From a virus, in the IMG/VR virus record IMGVR_UViG_3300033153_009093, positions 116,375 through 180,374 of that record: a stretch of DNA of 64,000 bases; one strand, written 5' to 3'. Below the pieces are notes generated by a model that saw nothing but the letters and a program-made list of their open reading frames with translations, made no database searches and was not told the DNA's origin. Shown piece after piece: positions 1 to 9,573 of the stretch. Every line of letters starts with the position of its first letter. The first letter of the stretch is position 1. The translations under genes and the position numbers were made by a program.

Positions 1-729
1 CTCATCAGAATGCCAATAACTGCCATTAAATTCAATCGCAAAACTCTTTGAGGGTATTACTATATCCAGTTCATAAGGCTTGATTATAGACCTATTGGAC
101 TGTTCATAATCAATATTTAAAGAGTCAAGAAAAGAACATATTTCTTTTTCCGGTTTTGAAACTTGATTTGAGCATTTTGGACAACTTCTTCCGCTTAAAT
201 GACTATTTGGTGTTTGTTTAAATATACCATGCTTAGGGCAAATTATTTTTATTTTAACCAGACTACCTTTATATTTTATTAATGAGTAGTCGTATTTATT
301 ATTATGTAATTTATTTGATTTATTAATAAAAGTATCATCTGTTATAGTTCGTCTATTACATTTTGGACAACCTGAGCCATATAAATGAGAATTTGCTTCT
401 TGCTAAAATATACCATGAACTTTACAAATAATTTTAATCTTTTTATGAATGGTTATATAATTAACTAACTTATAATTATATTTCTAACAATGTACTTTAA
501 TTGCTTTTTCAATAAATTCTTCTGTAGTTAATTTTTGAAAACCTGAACACTTTAGACAACCTTGTCCGCGTAAGTGTTTATTAGGAGTTTGATTAAATTC
601 TCCATGAATAGGGCAAAGTATTTTAACTTTTACATGAGCATTTACATACTTAACTAATTTATAATTATATTTCTAACCATGAACATTTATAGCTCGTTCT
701 ATAAATTTTTCAGTCGTTAATCTCTTCAT
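1..729 (-). CDS. Homing-endonuclease-like protein with 3 zinc-binding repeats (DUF723/CapR-like) and a C-terminal PD-(D/E)xK (Vsr-like) domain; 3 in-frame TAG; runs off the window edge
   Basis: Hand translation from ATG 729: three repeats of F(I)..A..VHG*KYNY..V.Y......IICP.HG.F.Q.PN.HL.G.GCPKC, then ELDIVIPSKSFAIEFNGSYWHSDE. TAG at 673-675, 484-486, 403-405; no TAA/TGA. Missing from the ORF track. Confidence 0.85.
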
Positions 730-735
730 TATTAA

Positions 736-1461
736 TTATTCTCCGCAACTTGCACTTAAATTAACAGGTTCGGTATTTCCGGTGATTTTTTCTAATATTA
801 TATCCACTGTCATAATTCTAGCAGTTAATTGAATAGAAAGACTTCCTCCGTCCTTTTTACATTCCAAATTAAAACTTTCTAAAAATTGCTGATTATCATA
901 TAATGGTAAAGAATCAAATTGAAATAATTCCTATTTTCTTAATTTTTTATACGTCATTACTCCGCTGTTAATATCCATTGTTTGATATAATTTATCATTA
1001 TAAATAACTGAAAGATTAGACATTACACCTATAGCAATATTATAAATAGTATCAACTATAGGGTTCATGTCTTCTGTTAATGTCGCAGCTAATAAAATTT
1101 CATCCAATATATAATCAAAGTGTATAAGTTCTTCCATGCAATCTATATATGAAAAAGTTTCATTCAATGAAATTTTATTAATAAATGCTCTTATGCACTT
1201 TTCATCTACATTTCCATCTTGATCCGCTATCTAATTTAAATTATGGTATGCTTTCATTTGAGCTTGATAACTCGAAGGTAAACTAGTTACATTTAATATA
1301 GTATCATCGTCATCATAACAACCTTCTAATTTAAATGATACTTCGCATACAATTGTATCATTAATATGCTATATATCAAACATATTATATTTTAATGCTC
1401 TTGTCATATACGCAGGAGTTTTATTAGTATTGACATCATCTGATATTACAACTATATCCAT
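736..1461 (-). CDS. Hypothetical protein (241 aa with TAG read as sense), possibly structural; 3 in-frame TAG
   Basis: ATG 1461 to TAA 736, open apart from TAG at 1369-1371, 1231-1233, 931-933. Fills the gap between its neighbours and subsumes track ORF 931..1167. Confidence 0.8.
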
Positions 1462-1472
1462 ATACCTTACCT

Positions 1473-2465
1473 TTATACAATTTTCTTAATTAATACATCT
1501 GTCAATTTATAATTATTATTAATATATTGATCATTTAAATCTATAAAATTTTTACTAGGGATAATGGCATACACATTATTATATAATTTATATTTATATA
1601 TTTTTTTATTATTAGATAATGTATTGATAATATTGGTAATAAACTTTAACTTATTAATATCATTATCAATAATTAAATATATATTATCATAAAAAAACTT
1701 TCCTGTATTCAATAAAAAATGAAATAATTTTTTATAATTCTTGCTACATAAAGCTAAATAATTTGAACTGGTTCCGTTTTGTAAAATGTCAGATACATTA
1801 ATAGTTATTAAATCAAACAAGCTTTCAGATATATATAAGTTCGAAAATCTATAATCATTTATCAAATAATAATAATCCAATTTATCATTATTTAATATTG
1901 AATAATTTATTTCTTTTATCTTTTTATAAGAATTCTTAGATTTAATATCATATTTATATAAAAATTTTGAATAAAAACTTTTATATATTAAAGTATTTTC
2001 AATGCAATCAATATTATAATTCTTTAATATATTATATGTCCTATTATCATTGCATCCTAATCGATACTTTACAAAATGATAGGCAATGCAATCAGTATTT
2101 ATAGTATTTTCATTGTTAAATATATTTACAATATCATATTTATAATCAACATTTATTTTTATTTTATTTCCTTTTTTAGAGAAATCGTAAGTATAAAAAT
2201 TAAAATACTGATCTAATAAAGTATTTATGTATTCTTTATTATTACCACTTTTTAATTCTTTTAATAGATTATAAACTATTCCACCTTCATTACATTTATA
2301 ACAATAAAAAAATCCATTATTATAATCTATTCTCATATGAGGTTTATTGTTTTTACTTCTACCACATAGAACGCAATTATATTGATTTACATTATCGCTG
2401 ATTTCCTTTTTATTATCTAAATATTGTTCTATAAAGGAAATTACCTGATATATATATTCATTCAT
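1473..2465 (-). CDS. DNA primase (Zn finger + TOPRIM)
   Basis: CVLC..CYKC zinc-binding domain; ISESLFD and LIIDND TOPRIM motifs. Confidence 0.8.
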   Translation of the reverse strand: MNEYIYQVISFIEQYLDNKKEISDNVNQYNCVLCGRSKNNKPHMRIDYNNGFFYCYKCNEGGIVYNLLKELKSGNNKEYINTLLDQYFNFYTYDFSKKGNKIKINVDYKYDIVNIFNNENTINTDCIAYHFVKYRLGCNDNRTYNILKNYNIDCIENTLIYKSFYSKFLYKYDIKSKNSYKKIKEINYSILNNDKLDYYYLINDYRFSNLYISESLFDLITINVSDILQNGTSSNYLALCSKNYKKLFHFLLNTGKFFYDNIYLIIDNDINKLKFITNIINTLSNNKKIYKYKLYNNVYAIIPSKNFIDLNDQYINNNYKLTDVLIKKIV

Positions 2466-3565
2466 ATTAAATATTTTTTAACAACGGATATTACATTTTC
2501 TACATCTATAGTAGACGTATTTCTATTTTCAAACATGACCATTAATAATGTCATTAATACTTCCATCTTTTCGCTATTATTTGTATCAATAAATTCATCT
2601 AACGTTATATCAAATTTTTCACATATATCATCAATTGATAAAGTTGAATCCATATCATTATTATTTTTTGCCAATTTTAATAATGAATTCAGTTCATATT
2701 CTATTTGTATTTCGCCTATAGAATAATCTTTATATAGCTCTTCTTTAAAAGTATTATCTATAACTACTGAAGGATCATGAATAATAAATTTTACATATGA
2801 ATGGTTATTAATATTCAATTTTGCAATATTATGATAGACATCACTATCTTTCCAAATATGAAAAGTATAATACTTTATAGAGTACTTATTTTGTAATATT
2901 TTAATATTATTCTTTTCTATTAATAAAAAATTATTGTTATCATAAGAATCATTATAATTCGAATTTATAGCACTGCCTATATTTAATATATTAAAATTAT
3001 TCCTATTTTTAAAAAAAGGAACATGATTATGTCCATTTATTAAATAGACAATTTTATCAACCTTTTCAAATATAGGAATTATATTAAAAAAAGTTGATCG
3101 GAATTTATATATTTCAGAAAAATCATTATGAGAATACAAATAATAATTCTTATATGATGTATCATTTATATATTCTTTAACATTATTAAATAAGATAGAA
3201 TAATCTATACTGTTAAAAATATAAGGAATATAGATATTATTATTTTCAAAAGTTAATTCATTATATATTTTTATGTTATCATTTAATAATAATAATTCAT
3301 AAATACTTTCTGTTTTAGTTATTAAATCATGATTACCAACTAAGATATTAATATCTTTAATATCTTTGTATATCAATATCAACTCTTTAAATAATTTTAA
3401 AGAGGCATTATCTATTGTAGACGATGTAAAAATATCCCCTAAAAAAACAACTGAATCAATATCATATAACCGATTCATTTGTTTAAGAAAAGGATATAGT
3501 AATTTTGAATAAAAACTAACATTATTTTTATTTAAATGAACATCGCCTATAATTAATTTACTCAT
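2462..3565 (-). CDS. sbcD: SbcD/Mre11-like (T4 gp47-like) recombination nuclease subunit
   Basis: IGDVH, LGDIF, VGNHD, SHND, GHNH metallophosphoesterase motifs. Confidence 0.85.
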   Translation of the reverse strand: MSKLIIGDVHLNKNNVSFYSKLLYPFLKQMNRLYDIDSVVFLGDIFTSSTIDNASLKLFKELILIYKDIKDINILVGNHDLITKTESIYELLLLNDNIKIYNELTFENNNIYIPYIFNSIDYSILFNNVKEYINDTSYKNYYLYSHNDFSEIYKFRSTFFNIIPIFEKVDKIVYLINGHNHVPFFKNRNNFNILNIGSAINSNYNDSYDNNNFLLIEKNNIKILQNKYSIKYYTFHIWKDSDVYHNIAKLNINNHSYVKFIIHDPSVVIDNTFKEELYKDYSIGEIQIEYELNSLLKLAKNNNDMDSTLSIDDICEKFDITLDEFIDTNNSEKMEVLMTLLMVMFENRNTSTIDVENVISVVKKYLI

Positions 3566-3582
3566 ATTTTTAATATTTTATT

Positions 3583-3894
3583 TTATATTATAATTTCTAC
3601 TAATGTAGCAATATTCATACCATCAATCTTAATATGATACAGCGGTTTATACTTTTTGTCAACTATGAATATGTTTTTAATTCCTAATAGTATGTAATTA
3701 AAAAAATTAAATAATTGTTGTTTATTGATCATTCTATTATTGATAAACTTATTATATTCCACTTGTTTCCATTCTGTTAATATATGCTCTAAAAAAATAT
3801 AAATATCATCAATATTTGACATATCGTTATAAATATTAATAATTATATAAATATCATTATCATATAAACTTATAGTGTTATCAGAAACATTCAT
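3583..3894 (-). CDS. Hypothetical protein
   Basis: 103-aa ORF packed in the replication operon. Confidence 0.65.
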   Translation of the reverse strand: MNVSDNTISLYDNDIYIIINIYNDMSNIDDIYIFLEHILTEWKQVEYNKFINNRMINKQQLFNFFNYILLGIKNIFIVDKKYKPLYHIKIDGMNIATLVEIII

Positions 3895-3902
3895 TTATAT
3901 CT

Positions 3903-5036
3903 TTACCTTTTTTTAGCACCTTCATCTATCTTATCGATAATAGTTTCTATATCTTGTGATTCTGATGCATTTTCTGAAATTTTCATTGCGGTTGAAATTG
4001 ATGTAAACCTATCTAATTGAATCTTATCATTTTCAAAATAATAATTAAAAATTCTTTCTTTTGATTCTTCTACAAATTTTTTATCATCATCGGGGTAAAA
4101 CTCATTGAAGATGCTATTAATAGCATACTTCCATTTATTGACACATTTATCGGTTAATAAATATTGATAAAAATCTTTTAATCGATGTTTATTATCTTTA
4201 TCATCTGCAAAGAAATACCAACCTGACCTTGATCCTATATCCTTTTTTGATTTCAAATAATTAATAAGTGTCAACGGGGAGTCGTATCCTGAAGTATTTG
4301 TAACTTCGAATTCTATTTTTCTATGCGGTGATATTATTTTACTTTTTTTAGTTTGTATAGTTGACACAAATCCAAATTCAGGATTAATCAATTTTGACTT
4401 CTTTCTTGTTGCATATAATGTCAAAAATGATTTATGTTTTACAGCATTACAAGAAGGTGGTTCAACGGGCATATATTGACCTTGCATACTTTCCCTATGC
4501 TGATTCAAAGCAAACATAGTTAAATTATTATCATAAAATTTTGTAATTCTAAATAATTTAGTAAATGCTCTTGCTTGCATCCCTATCTTTTCATATCCAT
4601 CCAACTCTTCATTGGCGGGAGTTTGTTGTAATGTATCCCATATAATAAATAAATCTACTCCGGGATTATTTTCTTTAACCTCGAAAATAATTTGTCCCGC
4701 TCTTTCAATTGATTCGGGATTAAGAATTATAACATTATCTAGGTTTTCTATTCCTAATGATTTTAATCTCATACCTGTTACTGATTCTTCTGTATCAAAA
4801 TACAAAGCGATATATTCTTTTGATTGTTTTATATATGATGATAATATTTGTATTGCCAATGTCGATTTTCCAACTGATGAAGTTGCCCAAATATATTCCA
4901 ATTGATATTTTGGCATACCACCTGAACCAATAAAAGCATCAAATATAGGATTTCCTGTTAAAAAGAAATCATAATTATCATCTATTTTTATAATGTCCTT
5001 TTTTAATGTTTTGCGCAAAGCATCTAAATTTACCAT
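3903..5036 (-). CDS. uvsX: RecA/UvsX-like recombinase
   Basis: Walker A ATSSVGKST, YFDTEES, Walker B IIWDTL, IGMQAR, ALNQHR. Confidence 0.9.
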   Translation of the reverse strand: MVNLDALRKTLKKDIIKIDDNYDFFLTGNPIFDAFIGSGGMPKYQLEYIWATSSVGKSTLAIQILSSYIKQSKEYIALYFDTEESVTGMRLKSLGIENLDNVIILNPESIERAGQIIFEVKENNPGVDLFIIWDTLQQTPANEELDGYEKIGMQARAFTKLFRITKFYDNNLTMFALNQHRESMQGQYMPVEPPSCNAVKHKSFLTLYATRKKSKLINPEFGFVSTIQTKKSKIISPHRKIEFEVTNTSGYDSPLTLINYLKSKKDIGSRSGWYFFADDKDNKHRLKDFYQYLLTDKCVNKWKYAINSIFNEFYPDDDKKFVEESKERIFNYYFENDKIQLDRFTSISTAMKISENASESQDIETIIDKIDEGAKKR

Positions 5037-5058
5037 TTCATATCCTTTTTATTTAATA

Positions 5059-5580
5059 TTATAGCGTATCAGGAGAAAGCATATTATCAATATCATCAAT
5101 ATCCTCACCTGATGATAAGTCCATTTTTATTCTATCATTATCTAATTTTTGTAATTTTAATAAATTATTGGTTATATCATTTAAAATTGTTCTTCGGTCT
5201 GATATAACTTGTCTAATTAAATCTAACATCTTTACAATATTTTCTTCATTAGTCATTTCATTATGACTATCAATATATTTTTTAAATAATAGTTTTTGAT
5301 ACTTATATTCCTTAATAGCCAATTTAAGCATTAGAATTATTGATCTGAATGTTATATTTTTAGACATTGAATCAGTGAGACTTGTTATATTATCTATATC
5401 AGAAATTACATCATCTGCATAAATATTTAATTCATCATTCTCTTTTAATAAATCAAAAAAGAGTTTAACGCTAGATGTATTATTATAACTGTTACTGTTA
5501 ACATTTTGTTCGGGCCTTAAATTTTGAATATTATTTTTTATATTTTCAAAATTCGTTAGTGGTATATTTTTTTGTTCCAT
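5059..5580 (-). CDS. Hypothetical coiled-coil protein
   Basis: 173-aa ORF with RBS-like AGGT upstream. Confidence 0.65.
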   Translation of the reverse strand: MEQKNIPLTNFENIKNNIQNLRPEQNVNSNSYNNTSSVKLFFDLLKENDELNIYADDVISDIDNITSLTDSMSKNITFRSIILMLKLAIKEYKYQKLLFKKYIDSHNEMTNEENIVKMLDLIRQVISDRRTILNDITNNLLKLQKLDNDRIKMDLSSGEDIDDIDNMLSPDTL

Positions 5581-5649
5581 GTTTATTTACCTATAATAAA
5601 ATTATATATAATTAATTTCATAATCTAATACATAAAAAGGATTATTATA

Positions 5650-6144
5650 ATGCTTCGGATACCTAATATATTTATAGAAAATATTACCCATATATCAGCT
5701 AAACCTTTCTTTGATATAAAATTTGATTCCATAAAAGGAGTTAATATAAATAATGATTTTTTAGACATCATTTTTTACAGGTCATTAATAGGAAAAGTAT
5801 CTTCTAAAAAAAATGGAATCAAAATAAGATACTTTGATGAAAATAATAATATATTACATAATTCTAATATTTCAAAATTTAAAAAAACTATTTATGAAAA
5901 CAAAAAAATAGTATCAAATAAAAATAGTATCAAAATTAAAAAAAGTAATAATTGTAAATACCTAACTCGATTAGAAATTATTTTTACATATAATAGTATA
6001 GACACTATTATATTTGATACTAAAATTCCACAGAATACAATATTTTCTGAAAACACTAATGGAACTATTAAAAGTGGCATAGCTATTCCTTTAAATGAAA
6101 CTAATATTGAATTGTATAATAAATTTCAAATAATATATAAATAA
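5650..6144 (+). CDS. Hypothetical protein upstream of the TnpB-like gene
   Basis: 164-aa ORF with AAGGA upstream; stop abuts ATG 6146. Confidence 0.65.
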   Translation: MLRIPNIFIENITHISAKPFFDIKFDSIKGVNINNDFLDIIFYRSLIGKVSSKKNGIKIRYFDENNNILHNSNISKFKKTIYENKKIVSNKNSIKIKKSNNCKYLTRLEIIFTYNSIDTIIFDTKIPQNTIFSENTNGTIKSGIAIPLNETNIELYNKFQIIYK

Positions 6145-6145
6145 T

Positions 6146-7477
6146 ATGAAAAAGTGTATAAAAAATTATTCTATAAACATATCATCATCTAATTATAATA
6201 AATTAACCAATTATTTATTATACTATAATAAGTGTAAAAATTTATTTTATAATAAATATTAGAATGATATCGGTACAATATATTTACCATATAAATATGA
6301 ACTACGAGATACATTAGTTTCAAATATAAAAAATAATGATTTGAATATTAATGAATTGGATTTATTAAAAAGCGTTCCCGCTAAATTATAGAAAAACGCA
6401 TTAACTGAATCTATAACTAATTTAAAATCTAATTAGTCTAATACAAAAAATAGAATTAGACAAAAAATAAAAAAGAACAAAAATTTTTCTGAAAAAGATA
6501 CTCATTATTTATATTATGTACTTAAATCAAATAACATATTACATAATATAAATAATGGAGATTTGAATATAACCTTAGAAAAATTTGATGTAAATTATAA
6601 AAAACTTAATTCATATTTATATCGACAAATAAAAAAAGAAAAAAGAAAACCTTATTCTAAAAGTAATAGTTATATTATAGATAGTAGCTCGCAAATATTA
6701 TACAAACAAATAGATAATAATTTAATTTGTTTCCTATCAACATTAAAAAAACGAGAAAGGATTTTAATCCGTTTATCAAATAGTATAAAATATAAAGGCG
6801 ATATTCGTATAGTATTAAAAAATAATAAAATGGAACTACATAAAGTTATTAATATTAAACCTCAATTAAATAACAACAATTCTATTACTGGAATTTATAT
6901 TGATTTTAATAATTTATTCACAACCCAAAATAATATTTATGGTAAAAATTTCGATAAACTATTAAAAAAATTTGCACATATTATTCACTGTAAATCAAAT
7001 AAAAGGGAAATCCTTAAATCAATGAATAATATACTAATACAAAAAAATAACTTAGGTACAAAAAAATAGCACAGTAAAAAAAGAAAATTTATTAATGAAT
7101 TAAATTCCTTTATAAATTTGAATTTGAATTTATTAATTAAAGAAGAGCGGCCTAAAACTATTATTATAAAAAAAATAAATAAATATTTATTATATAATAA
7201 TAGAGATAATTTATTTAATATTCCAAACCATCATTTATAGATCTTAAATAATTATATAATAAATTACATTTATAAACGATTAGAATACAAAACACAATTA
7301 AATCAAATTAATATAATATTAGATAGTTCAAATTATACAATCAAAGTATGTAATAATTGTAAAAGTAGAAATACTATTATTACAAAAGGGTACTTTAAAT
7401 GTAATAATTGCATGGTTAGTATAACTAAAACATCTAATACAATAAACAATATGATTGAGCATCACGGTGTTAATTAA
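6146..7477 (+). CDS. tnpB: TnpB (IS200/IS605 OrfB)-like protein with degenerate RuvC, 443 aa; 5 in-frame TAG
   Basis: Open from ATG 6146 to TAA 7477 except TAG at 6260, 6389, 6434, 7067, 7238. N-terminal HTH-like region, RuvC-I-like GIYIDFNNL, KRLEYK, NYTIKVCNNC..FKCNNC zinc finger, terminal N..NNM. Confidence 0.75.
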
Positions 7478-7587
7478 TGTTGTTTACCTAACTGGTTTTT
7501 GGAAAATGTATATTTATATACATTACTGGTTTAACCTAACTTCACGGAAAGAGAAATTTAAATTCAGTTAATAGTAAATTCCCTTAT

Positions 7588-7618
7588 ACCGGAGAAGATT
7601 TTCTTCTCCGGTTTTTTT
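7588..7618 (+). terminator. Intrinsic terminator between convergent tnpB-like and DUF5662-like genes
   Basis: 11-bp stem ACCGGAGAAGA/TCTTCTCCGGT plus T-tract. Confidence 0.85.
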
Positions 7619-8069
7619 ATAGATACTTTTCAATTTTTTTATTAGTACTTTCATGTAAAATCATATCACTTTTATTTTTATTAAAATATGATTTTGGTGT
7701 GCCTTCAAATTTTCTCGACATTCCCCTCTAATCGGCAATCATTTGAAGTATGTATTTTTTTGGCATTTCAATAGGAATTATTTCATTTTTCCTTGTTACA
7801 GATACCTAGTAATTCTAATGATGTTTATTTCTTTTTTGATGTTTATTCTACCCTTGTTGAAATAATTTATCGTTTCCATCAGATTTACAATAATTATTTA
7901 AGCTATCTTTCTTTTCAAAAAAGATAGCAGATGGTATAAATTCGGATGGTAAAAATTTTGATAAGTCATGAGTAATTGCATGATAATATAGTCCCATGTT
8001 GATACATTCTATTCCTACATTCTTTTTATGCTCAATAATATATTTAAAATATTTCTAATATTTATTCAT
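7617..8069 (-). CDS. DUF5662-like (HD-related) protein, 150 aa; 5 in-frame TAG
   Basis: MNKY*KYFKYIIEHK..HDLSKFLPSEF..G*NKHQKRNKHH*NY*V..MPKKY..MIAD*RGM. TAG at 8055, 7848, 7815, 7806, 7728. Missing from the ORF track. Confidence 0.85.
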
Positions 8070-8079
8070 TTTTTAACCT

Positions 8080-9084
8080 TTAATTAAATAATTTATTATT
8101 TAACTTAATAATTTTTGATTTCATATTAGCAATAGAAAAGTTTATACTTTTACTTATATCTTTTTCAACGAATATATAATAATACATTACCATTGACATA
8201 AATATATCTCCGCATCCTGAAGTAGTATTTATATTATTTATAATAGTATGACTTATATCTATTTTAAATTCTTTTATTTCTTTTTCATTACTATTATCAA
8301 AATAAATAATATCTTTAATGCCTCTAGTTATAATAAGGTACTTATAATCATACGCATATATTAAATCTTTTACCGGTTCATATTCTTTTTCATTTAGTTG
8401 TATTATAGTTTCGGTATTATATACGCTCTTTAATTTAGAAATCAATTCTTTAAAATATAATATCTTATGAGGTTTTGTATTTAAAAATAATGTATCTATT
8501 TTCCATTCATTATAAATAATATCATTTAATAAATTTTTTATAGATTCTTCAGTAAAGTACCCCTTATCATAATCTATAAGTATTAAAGAATTATTTTTTT
8601 CTTTAAACGCATAATTACAATTGATATGTTTCATTTTTATATCATTATCAATATCAAACCGATAAAAAATTTTGTTTTGTTTTTTTGAATAGAATCTAAA
8701 TTTTACTGTCGGTTTAATAGTATCATTAAGATAATATATCGGCCTCATTTTAATTATATCAAAATGGCGATAGTTCTTATTGCTTAGATATTTTATACTT
8801 CTATCAAATATCTCTTGTAAATTAAATCCATGCAATTTATCGTCATAGTTCACGTAATTAAAATTTGGTAATAAGTATTTAACATTATAGTCAAAATTTA
8901 AATCGTTGTTGATAATATCTAATAAATTTTCTAATATAAATCCACAACCACCGGGGTATACCGATAATGAATTATAATAACCTTTATATGATTCACTATT
9001 TACAATTTCTTGATTTTGTGATATATTTACATTATCAATATAAACATCTGCAATATAGTCACCTAAAATTACACTATTATTCAT
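8080..9084 (-). CDS. PfkB-family sugar kinase (HldE/RfaE kinase-domain-like)
   Basis: PGGCG, DYDKG, LIITRG and NTTSGCGDIF match the PGGAAN / DY.KG / DT.GAGD patterns. Confidence 0.7.
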   Translation of the reverse strand: MNNSVILGDYIADVYIDNVNISQNQEIVNSESYKGYYNSLSVYPGGCGFILENLLDIINNDLNFDYNVKYLLPNFNYVNYDDKLHGFNLQEIFDRSIKYLSNKNYRHFDIIKMRPIYYLNDTIKPTVKFRFYSKKQNKIFYRFDIDNDIKMKHINCNYAFKEKNNSLILIDYDKGYFTEESIKNLLNDIIYNEWKIDTLFLNTKPHKILYFKELISKLKSVYNTETIIQLNEKEYEPVKDLIYAYDYKYLIITRGIKDIIYFDNSNEKEIKEFKIDISHTIINNINTTSGCGDIFMSMVMYYYIFVEKDISKSINFSIANMKSKIIKLNNKLFN

Positions 9085-9282
9085 TTAATTCTCTTTCTTC
9101 TTTTAATAAATTATCATGTCGCTGAGAAATATTCTTTTCACATTCTTTAAAATTGGTGATTAATAGTTTCAATATTTCTTTTTTTTTATTTACATTATCT
9201 ATTACATCATATTCTTGTATTAACTTAATAATGACATCAATGTCTATCATAATATATTTATATCATTTTTTATCTTAATAAA

Positions 9283-9314
9283 TAAAAAAGGCTGCGCTAA
9301 AAGCACAACCTTTT
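9283..9314 (-). terminator. Intrinsic terminator after the H1-like gene
   Basis: Minus strand AAAAGGTTGTGCT-TTT-AGCGCAGCCTTTTTT hairpin with G-U pairs. Confidence 0.7.
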
Positions 9315-9341
9315 CATCTTTAATTATTTTTCTGTCTTAGT

Positions 9342-9536
9342 TCAGAATGTTTTACAATCAGCAACTGATTGACTTCTAAAATCTTTAAACAACTTTGCCA
9401 ATTCTAAAGTTTGTTTTCTAGCTCGCTTCGCTGCCACCTTTTTCTTTTTTATCGCATAATCGTCCAGTTCAGCAACTAATTCTTCAATAAGACCTTTAAT
9501 ACCACTTACGATTTCGACAGATTTTAATTCTTCCAT
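9342..9536 (-). CDS. Histone H1-like (Hc1-family) small basic DNA-binding protein
   Basis: KKVAAKRARKQTLELAKLFKDFRSQS resembles the NKAAG.RARK.SLEL.KL.KEFRK.S pattern. Confidence 0.7.
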   Translation of the reverse strand: MEELKSVEIVSGIKGLIEELVAELDDYAIKKKKVAAKRARKQTLELAKLFKDFRSQSVADCKTF

Positions 9537-9573
9537 AAATATATCACCTTCCTTTCTATTTTAATAAGTTAAT

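Noticed and set aside
4850-4890. RecA Walker A starting with Ala (ATSSVGKST)
   Set aside because: Still fits [AG]x4GK[ST]; not unusual
6146-7618. Active IS200/IS605 element or mini Cas12 locus
   Set aside because: No tnpA/resolvase, no clear left end, no array, and two of three RuvC residues are lost
9085-9100. Partial match (GAAAGAGAA) between the putative TnpB guide and the region upstream of the PfkB kinase start
   Set aside because: A 9-nt match is expected by chance in AT-rich sequence of this length
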